The notes beneath the pieces were generated by a model that ran no database searches, had not been told where the DNA came from, and saw nothing but the letters and a program-made list of their open reading frames with translations. A program made the position numbers and the translations under genes. A stretch of 40,868 nt of DNA from Bacteroidales bacterium (GTDB taxonomy: Bacteria > Bacteroidota > Bacteroidia > Bacteroidales > UBA932): NCBI GenBank assembly GCA_024402125.1, contig JAKSJT010000001.1:1-40868 (forward strand). Reading direction: 5' to 3'. Below, one piece after another: positions 20,362-28,681 of this stretch. The number at the start of each line of letters is the position of its first letter. Position 1 is the stretch's first letter.

Positions 20362-20374
20362 TTTTTCCGTGAGA

Positions 20375-22960
20375 ATGAAGAAGTTATTTGTTTTTGGAGC
20401 TGTCCTATCAGTGATGGGATTGTTCTCTTCTTGTACAAAGTCTGATGTAGCTGAGGTTCTCGGCGGAAAGCAGATCAAGGTAGTTGCTCATGCAACAAAT
20501 GGTACTCCTGATACAAAGGTTGTCGTTACTCCAAATGAAGATGGTACTTACGCTTCAGTTTGGGGTGATGAAGAATCAATCAAGATCTTTGAGGTTGCAG
20601 TAGCAGGCAAGGAAACAAAACTTGCAGCTGTTACTAGTGATTCTTACACAAAGTCTACAGATGGTAAGACAGCTGATTTCGGTTTTTCATTGGAAGCTGT
20701 TGATGCTGACAATTATGATTACTATGCAATTTCTCCAGCTTCTGCTTGGGGAGCTTCAAATCCAAAGAAAGATGGTATCTATGTAAAGCTCCCTACAGTA
20801 CAGACTCCTGGCGTAGATGCAGTTGATCCTACTTCTATTGTTGTTCTTGCGAAGGATCTCGCTTATGATGCTCAGCCAGAGGAACTTCAGCTCGCTTTCC
20901 GTCATGTTACTGCTTATGGAAAGATGACACTTGCAAATGCTCCTGTTAAGAGCGGTGAGACTGTTAAGTCTATCGTTATTACAGCAGCAGATAAGGCTCT
21001 TGCAGGTGGTTTCGATTATGTTTATTCTGATGGAAGTCTTTCTCCAGGTAGTTCTTCATCAAGTAACTCTATTACTCTTAATACAAACTCACTTGAGAAT
21101 GTATGGTTCGCTGTAGAGCCTGTAGCATTCGAGGCAGGCGAAGTTATGACAGTTGCTATTGTAACAGATCAGAATACTTACACACGTGATATTACATTCG
21201 CTTCTGCAAAGTCATTCAAGGCAGGTCATGTTGCTAAGATGACAGTTGATATGAGCACAGCAGTAACAGTAGACTATTCTGGAACATATGTTCCTATGGT
21301 TAATGTTGGTGGTAACTATTTAGCTCTCTCAAGCACTGCTAATGGAACAAGGCTTTCAGCAGTTTCAGTAGAATATGATGGTGTGGCTGCTTCATTTTCA
21401 ACAACAGACGCAACAATCGTTTGGACTCTTGCAAAGGATGGTTCAGTATACACAATGGCAGATCAGAGTACACCTGCGAAGTATCTCAGTTGGAATAAAA
21501 CAAGTGGTAATGCTGCTTCAACATCTTCAACAGGAAGTGCACTTCAGGTTAGCCAGAATGCAAATGGTACATATAAGATTGCGCTAGACTCAGATCCAAC
21601 AAGATACCTTCAGTACAATAAGGCTTCAAATGCACAGTATTATGCTTTCTATACTTCTGCTCAGGAGGGTGATATTTATCTTGTTCCTGCTGACTATGAG
21701 GCATCTCCTGCAGATCCAGCAGTAGAAGGTGTTGCTGCTATTAAAGAAAAGATTGCTGGTGGAGAGACTGGTACGTTCCAGGTAGCACTTGACGGTGCTG
21801 TTGTAACTTATGTAAATGGTAATGGCGCATATATAGAGGATGAATCTGGTGCTGTTTATGTATTCAAGTCAGGCCATGGCCTTGTTGCTGGCAAGTCTAT
21901 AACAGGTACTGTTGCTGTTGTAGGAAAAATGTACAATGGTCTACCTGAGGTAACAAGCATTGATCTTTCTGCAGCAACTGTAGAGGAAGGCGCTACAATT
22001 CCTCTTACTGAGGTGACTATCGAAAATCTTCTTGCTGATTATGATAAGTACTTAAGCAGAAGAGTTAAGATTTCTGCAGCACTTGTTACCAACGGAATTT
22101 CAGGCACAGATAGAGATGGTGTAATCTTCCAGGATTTGAACTCTATTGCAGTTCGTGCTCAGGCTGTTAATACTGTTGAAATGAGTGAGGAGGATGTCGT
22201 TGATGTTATCTGTTTCCCATCAATCTATAATACAACTAAACAGCTTGCAGTTTGGTCAACCGACGATAATGTTTTTGTCACAGCTTTAGGTCCTGGTGCA
22301 ATGTCGCTTACTGAGACAACAAAGACTCTTGCTCCAGGCGCTACATATACAATTGGCGTTACTTCAACAGAGGCTGGGGCAACATTCGTATATGCTAGTA
22401 GTGATCCTACAGTAGCTGAGGTTTCTGCTGCAGGTGTTGTAACAGCAAAGAAAGTTGGTACAGCAGTTATTACAGTTGCGCTTAAGGGTACTTCAACATA
22501 TGCTTGTAATATTGCTAAGGTAACAATTACTGTTGAAAAGTCTGGCATAACATATGAGACAGAGACTTTGTCTGGAAACTTCACATATGATGAAGCAACG
22601 AAGACTCTTTCCATGACAACGTCAAAAGGAACAAAAGTTGTTCAGGCTGCAGGAACAGGAAACGCAGTAGGTTCAACATATTCATCAGCTACAACACTTA
22701 GAATATATGTCGGTAACACACTCTCCTTTACTACTGAATCGTCGGCAAGGAAGATTGTAAAAATTGAGTTTACGCATACAGATACCTATTGTGGTGGTTC
22801 TGATATAGGGTCAGACATTGGAGATTACACAAGAGGCACCACATCAAGCGCTTGGGAAGGTTCTGCAACATCTGTTGTTATCACAAATAAGAGGGGAGCA
22901 AGTGATCAATCAAATATTCAGCTTAGACCTACTTCAATAAAAATTACATACGAGTTGTAG
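20375..22960 (+). CDS. Fimbrillin (Mfa-like) lipoprotein with C-terminal cargo modules (beta-trefoil-like, OB-like pair, Ig-like Big_2, terminal beta-sandwich)
   Basis: Likely start ATG 20375 (MKKLFVFGAVLSVMGLFSSC lipobox), 861 aa; TK processing-like site, W.DE..I, YYAISP, LAFRHV and FKAG motifs typical of Mfa-like pilins; SSDPTVAEVS..GVVTAKKVGTAVITV is Big_2. Confidence 0.7.
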   Translation: MKKLFVFGAVLSVMGLFSSCTKSDVAEVLGGKQIKVVAHATNGTPDTKVVVTPNEDGTYASVWGDEESIKIFEVAVAGKETKLAAVTSDSYTKSTDGKTADFGFSLEAVDADNYDYYAISPASAWGASNPKKDGIYVKLPTVQTPGVDAVDPTSIVVLAKDLAYDAQPEELQLAFRHVTAYGKMTLANAPVKSGETVKSIVITAADKALAGGFDYVYSDGSLSPGSSSSSNSITLNTNSLENVWFAVEPVAFEAGEVMTVAIVTDQNTYTRDITFASAKSFKAGHVAKMTVDMSTAVTVDYSGTYVPMVNVGGNYLALSSTANGTRLSAVSVEYDGVAASFSTTDATIVWTLAKDGSVYTMADQSTPAKYLSWNKTSGNAASTSSTGSALQVSQNANGTYKIALDSDPTRYLQYNKASNAQYYAFYTSAQEGDIYLVPADYEASPADPAVEGVAAIKEKIAGGETGTFQVALDGAVVTYVNGNGAYIEDESGAVYVFKSGHGLVAGKSITGTVAVVGKMYNGLPEVTSIDLSAATVEEGATIPLTEVTIENLLADYDKYLSRRVKISAALVTNGISGTDRDGVIFQDLNSIAVRAQAVNTVEMSEEDVVDVICFPSIYNTTKQLAVWSTDDNVFVTALGPGAMSLTETTKTLAPGATYTIGVTSTEAGATFVYASSDPTVAEVSAAGVVTAKKVGTAVITVALKGTSTYACNIAKVTITVEKSGITYETETLSGNFTYDEATKTLSMTTSKGTKVVQAAGTGNAVGSTYSSATTLRIYVGNTLSFTTESSARKIVKIEFTHTDTYCGGSDIGSDIGDYTRGTTSSAWEGSATSVVITNKRGASDQSNIQLRPTSIKITYEL

Positions 22961-22984
22961 AAATTTCTCAACAAGATAAATTAT

Positions 22985-23017
22985 GGTCGTCGGAATTACG
23001 CCGGCGACCTTTTTTTT
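22985..23017 (+). terminator. Intrinsic terminator
   Basis: GGTCGTCGG-7 nt-CCGGCGACC followed by T8. Confidence 0.88.
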
Positions 23018-23061
23018 GATTTTTACTTATATTTTCATATCATTTCTTCCTTTTAATTTGG

Positions 23062-23069
23062 TAACTTTG
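23062..23069 (+). promoter_or_regulatory. -7 box (TAACTTTG) for the nuclease/second TBDT operon
   Basis: Exact TAnnTTTG 33 nt upstream of ATG 23103, just after a terminator. Confidence 0.7.
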
Positions 23070-23102
23070 TATCCTTTGAGTAAATAATTTAAAACGATAT
23101 AT

Positions 23103-26100
23103 ATGAAACTAAGAAATCTTATGATGACCGTCCTTGGTCTTGCAGCTGTTGTAACAGCCTGCGAAGAGGAGGATGGTGTACAGGGCCTTCCTGAAATAAC
23201 TATTTCTGAGAAAGCTATTACCGTTGAAGAAGTATCGTCTTCTGCATCTGTAAAGACCATTTCTTTGGTAGCAAGCAGAGACTGGTCGGCTTCTTCTGAG
23301 TCTGAGTGGATTGAGGTGGAACCAGCATCTGGTAAAGCTTCTCCAGAACCTCAGGAAGTTACAATTACTCTTCTTCCTAACACAGGACTTGGAAGAACAG
23401 GTTATGTGAAGTTTGATATCATTTACGATTCAAAGACTCTCACAGTCAATCAGAACGGACCTCTCGGATCAGCAGAGGACGCTATCATCTATTACAACGA
23501 CTTTGATAAGGAGCCTGCTACCCAGTCATTTGGAACAAGCGGTACTTCATGGCCATATCTTGACCAGTTCGAGGGTTGGAAGAACCAGACAGGATCTGGT
23601 GCTGACAATGTAGAGTATAGCTTCAGCGGTATTTCTTGCCGTAACAACTCGAACTCTGACGGTAACTACAGTGACTATGCAGGATCAGGTGTCAACAACC
23701 TTCTCTTCAGTTCTAATCCTAACTTCGTTGTCAAGAACATTGCACTTGCTGGTAAGAGAAACCTTACACTCTCATTCGGTACAGAGAAGTACGCTTATGG
23801 TGAGGATGACAATACATTCAAGCCAGAAGAGTTCAATGTATACGTAAGTAACGATAACGAGAAGTGGGTTAAGCGCGAGTATGCATTCCCTGGCGACTTC
23901 AAGAACGGTAGATGGGATATCGCACTTTCTACATTCACAGTACCAGAGGGAACAGAGAATCTCTCTATCTACTTCGCTTCTACTCTTAGCGGCGGTCACC
24001 GTATGGATGACGTCAAGCTCGTAATCTCAGAGAACGAGGGTACAGCTATTGACTTCTCTACAGGTACAGATATCCCTGTGGGTGGTGGTACTGGTGGTGA
24101 TACACCAGGCAGTGGTGACAATTCTGGCGCTATCTACTACAACAACTTTGATAAGGCAGAGGCTACAAAGACATTTGGAACAAATGGATCATCTTATCCA
24201 TACCTTGACCAGTTCGACGGTTGGAAGAATGAGATAGGTTCTGGTGCAGCATCAGTAAGCTACCTCTTCAATGGTATGTCTGCTCGTAACAACTCAGTTT
24301 CTAACGGCGACTATGCAATGGATAGCTACAAGTCTATTGCATCTGGTTTGAATAACCTCTTCTTCGGTACATCTGCATACTTCGCAGTTAAGGATATTGA
24401 CCTTGGAGGAAAGACTAACCTCACAATCTCATTCGGTACAGAGAAGTATGACGAAAGCCATAAGGATGCAGCATTCGACCCAACAGAGTTCAGCCTCTAT
24501 GTAAGTGCTGATGCTACAAAGTGGGTTAAGGTTGACTATACATTCCCTAACGCTCTTCAGGCTGGTAAGTGGGATCTTGCTTCTGCAACAATTACAGTTC
24601 CTTCTGGAACAGCTAAGCTCGCAGTTTATGTTGCAGCTTCTCTTGCTAGCGTATATCGTCTTGATGACCTCAAGGTTGCTGAGGCAGCAGCTGCAGGAAC
24701 TGCAATCGATTTCTCAAAGGGTGTAGATCTTAACATCGAAGGTGGCAACAGTGATGGCGGTAACACAAACCCTGGTGATGGTGGAAACACAGGTAGCTAT
24801 CAGTTCAAGAAGGCTACTTCTATCACAAGCGGCAAGTCTTATATCATGGTTGCAGCAGGTATGGCAGCTAAGCCAATCGCAGCAGACAAGACATACGGAT
24901 ACCTCAGCGGTGATGCTGTAACAGTATCAGGCGATGTTATTACAATGACATCTTTGGACAACGCATTCGTGTTCACAAGCACAACAGACGGTTACACAAT
25001 CAAGGGATCAGACAATAGATACCTCTACCAGACAGGAACATACAACAGTTTCAATGTTACAGACACTCCAACAGAAGGCCAGTACTGGGAGGCTACAGTT
25101 CAGTCAGACGGTACAGTCAAGATTCTGAACAAGAGTGTAAACAAGTACATCCAGTGGTCAGCACAGTACAAGTCATATGGTTCATATGCTGATGCTACAG
25201 GTGAGATGCCAGTTCTCTATGAACTTCAGGATGGAACACCTAGCAACCCTGGTGATGGTGGAAACACTAACCCTGGAGACGGTGGCAATACAGGCAAGTA
25301 CGATTTCAAGAAGGCATCATCAGTAGTAAGTGGCAAGTCTTATATCATGGTTGCAGCAGGTATGGCAGCAAAGCCAATCGCAGCAGACAAGACTTATGGA
25401 TACCTTAATGGTGACGCTTTAACAGCGTCTGGTGATGTCATTTCACTTGAGTCTTTGGACAACGCATTTGTGTTCACAAGCACAAACGACGGATACACAA
25501 TCAAGGGATCAGATAACAGATACCTCTACCAGACTGGAACATACAACAGCTTCAATGTCAATGCTTCTCCTACAGAGGGTCAGTATTGGAGCGTTGAGAT
25601 TCAGTCAGACGGTACAGCAAAGATCCTTAACAAGAGCGTAAACAAGTACATCCAGTGGTCAGCTCAGTACAAGTCATATGGCTCATATGCTGACGCTACA
25701 GGTGAAATGCCAGTTCTTTACGAGCTTCAGGGAGAAACACCTAGCAACCCTGGTGATGGTGGTAACACAAATCCTGGCGACGGTGGTAATACAAACCCAG
25801 GAGATGGCGGCAATACTAATCCAGGCGATGGCGGCAATGACAGCGGATTCGTGGATAACACACCTTCAACAGCTAAAGACTATACAGTAGACTTCTCTAC
25901 ACTTGGATATGAGAATGCTGCAGAGTTGACAACAGTTGCACTTGGTGACACAGGCGTTACATTGACTTTCGATAAGGGTACAGGATCAACTACACCAAAG
26001 TATTACACTTCAGGTACAGCTGCAAGACTTTACGGTGGCAACACCCTTACTGTAGCAGGTAAGAAGGTTTACAAGATTGTCTTCACATGCCCAACATCCA

Positions 26101-26255
26101 ACACTATTAATGTTGCTTCTACAACATTCAGTGCAGGTGCTTATGATGAGGCAAGTACAACATGGGCAGGTGAGACAGAGTCTCTTGTTATTACCAATAC
26201 AGCTTCATCTGGACACATCCGTTTCCAGAAGATGACAGTTTATTACGCTGAATAA
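23103..26255 (+). CDS. Large modular surface lipoprotein: BACON + 2x beta-sandwich + 2x beta-trefoil-like + C-terminal domain, with Gly/Asn/Pro linkers
   Basis: Lipobox VTAC-EEED; WIEVEPASG (BACON); two internal domain duplications; NPGDGGNT linkers. Confidence 0.8.
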   Translation: MKLRNLMMTVLGLAAVVTACEEEDGVQGLPEITISEKAITVEEVSSSASVKTISLVASRDWSASSESEWIEVEPASGKASPEPQEVTITLLPNTGLGRTGYVKFDIIYDSKTLTVNQNGPLGSAEDAIIYYNDFDKEPATQSFGTSGTSWPYLDQFEGWKNQTGSGADNVEYSFSGISCRNNSNSDGNYSDYAGSGVNNLLFSSNPNFVVKNIALAGKRNLTLSFGTEKYAYGEDDNTFKPEEFNVYVSNDNEKWVKREYAFPGDFKNGRWDIALSTFTVPEGTENLSIYFASTLSGGHRMDDVKLVISENEGTAIDFSTGTDIPVGGGTGGDTPGSGDNSGAIYYNNFDKAEATKTFGTNGSSYPYLDQFDGWKNEIGSGAASVSYLFNGMSARNNSVSNGDYAMDSYKSIASGLNNLFFGTSAYFAVKDIDLGGKTNLTISFGTEKYDESHKDAAFDPTEFSLYVSADATKWVKVDYTFPNALQAGKWDLASATITVPSGTAKLAVYVAASLASVYRLDDLKVAEAAAAGTAIDFSKGVDLNIEGGNSDGGNTNPGDGGNTGSYQFKKATSITSGKSYIMVAAGMAAKPIAADKTYGYLSGDAVTVSGDVITMTSLDNAFVFTSTTDGYTIKGSDNRYLYQTGTYNSFNVTDTPTEGQYWEATVQSDGTVKILNKSVNKYIQWSAQYKSYGSYADATGEMPVLYELQDGTPSNPGDGGNTNPGDGGNTGKYDFKKASSVVSGKSYIMVAAGMAAKPIAADKTYGYLNGDALTASGDVISLESLDNAFVFTSTNDGYTIKGSDNRYLYQTGTYNSFNVNASPTEGQYWSVEIQSDGTAKILNKSVNKYIQWSAQYKSYGSYADATGEMPVLYELQGETPSNPGDGGNTNPGDGGNTNPGDGGNTNPGDGGNDSGFVDNTPSTAKDYTVDFSTLGYENAAELTTVALGDTGVTLTFDKGTGSTTPKYYTSGTAARLYGGNTLTVAGKKVYKIVFTCPTSNTINVASTTFSAGAYDEASTTWAGETESLVITNTASSGHIRFQKMTVYYAE
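23487..24730 (+). repeat. Older intragenic domain duplication (period 645 bp)
   Basis: IYYNDFDK...PYLDQFEGWKN at 23487 recurs as IYYNNFDK...PYLDQFDGWKN at 24132; SFGTEKY occurs in both copies. Confidence 0.9.
24768..25769 (+). repeat. Recent intragenic tandem duplication (period 501 bp)
   Basis: ATATCATGGTTGCAGCAGGTATGGCAGC at 24841 and 25342; long identical peptide runs such as KILNKSVNKYIQWSAQYKSYGSYADATGEMPVLYELQ. Confidence 0.95.
25746..25838 (+). repeat. 24-bp coding tandem repeat (NPGDGGNT) x4
   Basis: Four in-frame copies with synonymous variation; further copies near 24768 (x1) and 25245-25292 (x2). Confidence 0.9.
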
Positions 26256-26267
26256 AATTTCCTAGCT

Positions 26268-27560
26268 TTGAAACTAGCAAGTAAAATATTCCTCTATTTG
26301 TCACTCGCAGGAACAATGCTATTTGCATTGGCTTCCTGCGGAGGGACAGGTGGAGAAGATGATAAGCCAGTTGAGCCTATATCAATCACAACAAAGACAA
26401 CAGATGTACCATATACAGCATCCAGCGTTTTTGTTGCAGTAAAGGCAACAGGTAACTGGAACTTGTCTCTCAAGTTTGAGGGAGGAAAGGATTGGGCTAC
26501 ACTGAGCCAGAATTCAGGAACAGGCAGCAAGTCCAGCATCGTGATGACATATGAGAAGAACGATGGTGAGGACTACAGATATGTTACATTGATTCTGGAA
26601 GCTGATGGACAGACAGCAGAAGTCGAGTTTACCCAGAAGTGTTATGAGTCTGAGAACATCGTAGATCCGGGTGATGATCCATACGATAATCCAGGTAGTG
26701 GCAGCTCTGGCGGTAATACTGGTGGTAACACAGGCGGCAATACCGGTGGAAACACTGGTGGTAATGTCAATCCAACTAAAATTGGTTGGATGGAACTTCC
26801 AGAGACAGATGATAGAGACGGGCTTGATTTCTATACTCACAGCCAGACACTAGGATCTGTCAAGACACGAAACTATTCATTCTATTATGATGATGAAAAG
26901 CTAGTATCTCATTGGGTCGCTTATCCTCTTAATGCATGGACAATCGGTACAGGATCTAGAACCAACGCTTGGGGATTCCTTGATCCGCTTCTTCCTAGAA
27001 ACAAGCAGGCAGTTCTTCAGTCGGGTTACAAGTCTACAAATGGAGCCAAATACGATAGAGGTCACCAATGTCCATCTGCTGATAGATTGTCGTCTGCAGC
27101 AAACAAGGAGACATTCTATGGAACTAACATGACTCCTCAGCTTGGAGAGAAGTTCAACCAGGCAATCTGGGCGAACCTTGAAATCAAGGTAAGAGATTGG
27201 GCTAAGAGCTCGGACACTCTTTATGTGGTGACTGGTTGTGTTGTTAAAGACAGCAAGGACTACGCTCTTGACAATGACGGCAAGAAGGTAGCAGTTCCAA
27301 CGGCATACTATAAGTGTCTTCTTAGATACAGCAAGAGCTCCACAGTCGGTTATAAGGGCTATATGGGCTGTGCAATCTATATGCCTCATAAGAACTATTC
27401 TCAGCAGGATATTGACAAGTCAATGGTGATGTCAATTGCTGACCTTGAGAAGAAGCTTGGAATCAACTTCTTCGTTAACCTTCCAACTGCAATTGGAGAA
27501 GAAGAGGCAAAGAAGGTTGAATCTCAGGATCCTACAACTGTTTCATGGTGGAAATTCTAA
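26268..27560 (+). CDS. DNA/RNA non-specific endonuclease lipoprotein (beta-beta-alpha-Me, NucA/EndA type) with N-terminal BACON domain
   Basis: TTG start, lipobox LASC; RNYS, WVAYPL, YDRGHQCPSADR, TNMTPQ..FNQAIWANLE, YVVTG, VP.AYYK. Confidence 0.95.
   Translation: MKLASKIFLYLSLAGTMLFALASCGGTGGEDDKPVEPISITTKTTDVPYTASSVFVAVKATGNWNLSLKFEGGKDWATLSQNSGTGSKSSIVMTYEKNDGEDYRYVTLILEADGQTAEVEFTQKCYESENIVDPGDDPYDNPGSGSSGGNTGGNTGGNTGGNTGGNVNPTKIGWMELPETDDRDGLDFYTHSQTLGSVKTRNYSFYYDDEKLVSHWVAYPLNAWTIGTGSRTNAWGFLDPLLPRNKQAVLQSGYKSTNGAKYDRGHQCPSADRLSSAANKETFYGTNMTPQLGEKFNQAIWANLEIKVRDWAKSSDTLYVVTGCVVKDSKDYALDNDGKKVAVPTAYYKCLLRYSKSSTVGYKGYMGCAIYMPHKNYSQQDIDKSMVMSIADLEKKLGINFFVNLPTAIGEEEAKKVESQDPTTVSWWKF
26709..26765 (+). 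repeat. 12-bp coding repeat (GGNT) x4.75 linker
   Basis: GGCGGTAATACT GGTGGTAACACA GGCGGCAATACC GGTGGAAACACT GGTGGTAAT. Confidence 0.85.
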
Positions 27561-27578
27561 CGATAAAACAACTAAGAT

Positions 27579-28667
27579 ATGATTAGAAGAATTACATATA
27601 TCGCATTGATTTCATTTATTCTCTTCTCAGCAAATGCTTTTGCTCAGAAGAAGGGTAATGCAAGCTATGTGATTGGCTTCTACAATTTGGAGAACCTTTT
27701 TGACACTTACCATGACGACGGTAAGAATGACTATGAGTATCTTCCAGATGGAGCCAACAAATGGACAGATGCAAAGTATGAGAAGAAACAGTCAAACATG
27801 GCCTCTGTTATCAGAGCTATGGCTGATGAGAACAAGACTTTCCATGCTGTGCTTGGTGTCAGTGAAATTGAGAACAGACACGTTCTCGAGGATCTTGTCA
27901 GCCAGCCATCTATCGCTTCTGCAAACTATCAGATAGTTCATTATGACGGACCTGATAGCCGTGGTGTTGATGTCGCTCTTCTATATAGACCAGAGTGCTT
28001 CTCAGTCCTCGCAAGCGAGTCTATCAGATATAATTTCGATAGCAATATCCAGTTCGATATGACAGACGAGGAGAAGGCTAACTTCAAGACTCGTGATGTC
28101 CTTATGGTTCGTGGTATGCTAGGAGACGAGATGTTCGCATTCTTTGTTGCTCACCTTCCTTCCAGAATCGGTGGTAAGAGCAATGACCTTAGAAGCCGCG
28201 GAGGAGAGATCATCTACGCTAGAGCTATGCAGCTTGAGGAGGAATTCCCTGGAATCAAGATCGTAGTCATGGGTGATATGAACGATAACCCAACAGATGA
28301 CAGTATGGCTGTCTATATGCATGGAAAGGAGACTTTCGCAGAGGTTGGTAAGAAGGACTTCTTCTCTCCATTCCTTTCAATGCTTAAGGCTGGTTATGGT
28401 TCCCTCGCATATAGAGGAGAGTGGAATATCTATGATATTATTCTCGTCAATGAGCCAATAGCTAACGATAAGGATGGTCTTCATATTATTCCGATTGTGA
28501 AGAAGGGCAAGAATGAGTACTATGGTAGAGTCTTTAACCCATCATTCATGACTCAGCAGGAAGGTCAGTACAAGGGAACACCTTTCAGAACTTTCTCCAA
28601 TGGTGCATTCATCGGTGGATATAGTGACCACTATCCAACATACATAGTTGTATCCAATAAGAAATAA
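27579..28667 (+). CDS. Secreted endonuclease/exonuclease/phosphatase (EEP, DNase I-like) family protein
   Basis: Signal peptide AFA-Q; FYNLENLFD, GVSEIEN, D.RGVDVALLY, HLPSR, MGDMND, GYSDHYP. Confidence 0.93.
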   Translation: MIRRITYIALISFILFSANAFAQKKGNASYVIGFYNLENLFDTYHDDGKNDYEYLPDGANKWTDAKYEKKQSNMASVIRAMADENKTFHAVLGVSEIENRHVLEDLVSQPSIASANYQIVHYDGPDSRGVDVALLYRPECFSVLASESIRYNFDSNIQFDMTDEEKANFKTRDVLMVRGMLGDEMFAFFVAHLPSRIGGKSNDLRSRGGEIIYARAMQLEEEFPGIKIVVMGDMNDNPTDDSMAVYMHGKETFAEVGKKDFFSPFLSMLKAGYGSLAYRGEWNIYDIILVNEPIANDKDGLHIIPIVKKGKNEYYGRVFNPSFMTQQEGQYKGTPFRTFSNGAFIGGYSDHYPTYIVVSNKK

Positions 28668-28681
28668 TAAAAGTATAATAT

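Noticed and set aside
20219-20374. N-terminal 52 aa of the 913-aa ORF in the track
   Set aside because: A canonical lipoprotein signal begins at ATG 20375; the upstream stretch is better explained by the 20206-20361 peptide in another frame.
24768-25769. Near-identical 501-bp pair as a diversity-generating retroelement TR/VR
   Set aside because: Both copies are in frame in one gene, differences involve all bases and are largely synonymous, and no reverse transcriptase is present in the window.
25746-25838. Short repeats as a CRISPR array
   Set aside because: They are contiguous coding repeats with wobble variation, no spacers and no cas genes.
26268-28667. Nuclease pair as an anti-phage defence or toxin-immunity system
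   Set aside because: Both proteins carry export signals and sit with uptake receptors; no ATPase, methylase or immunity-like small gene is adjacent.
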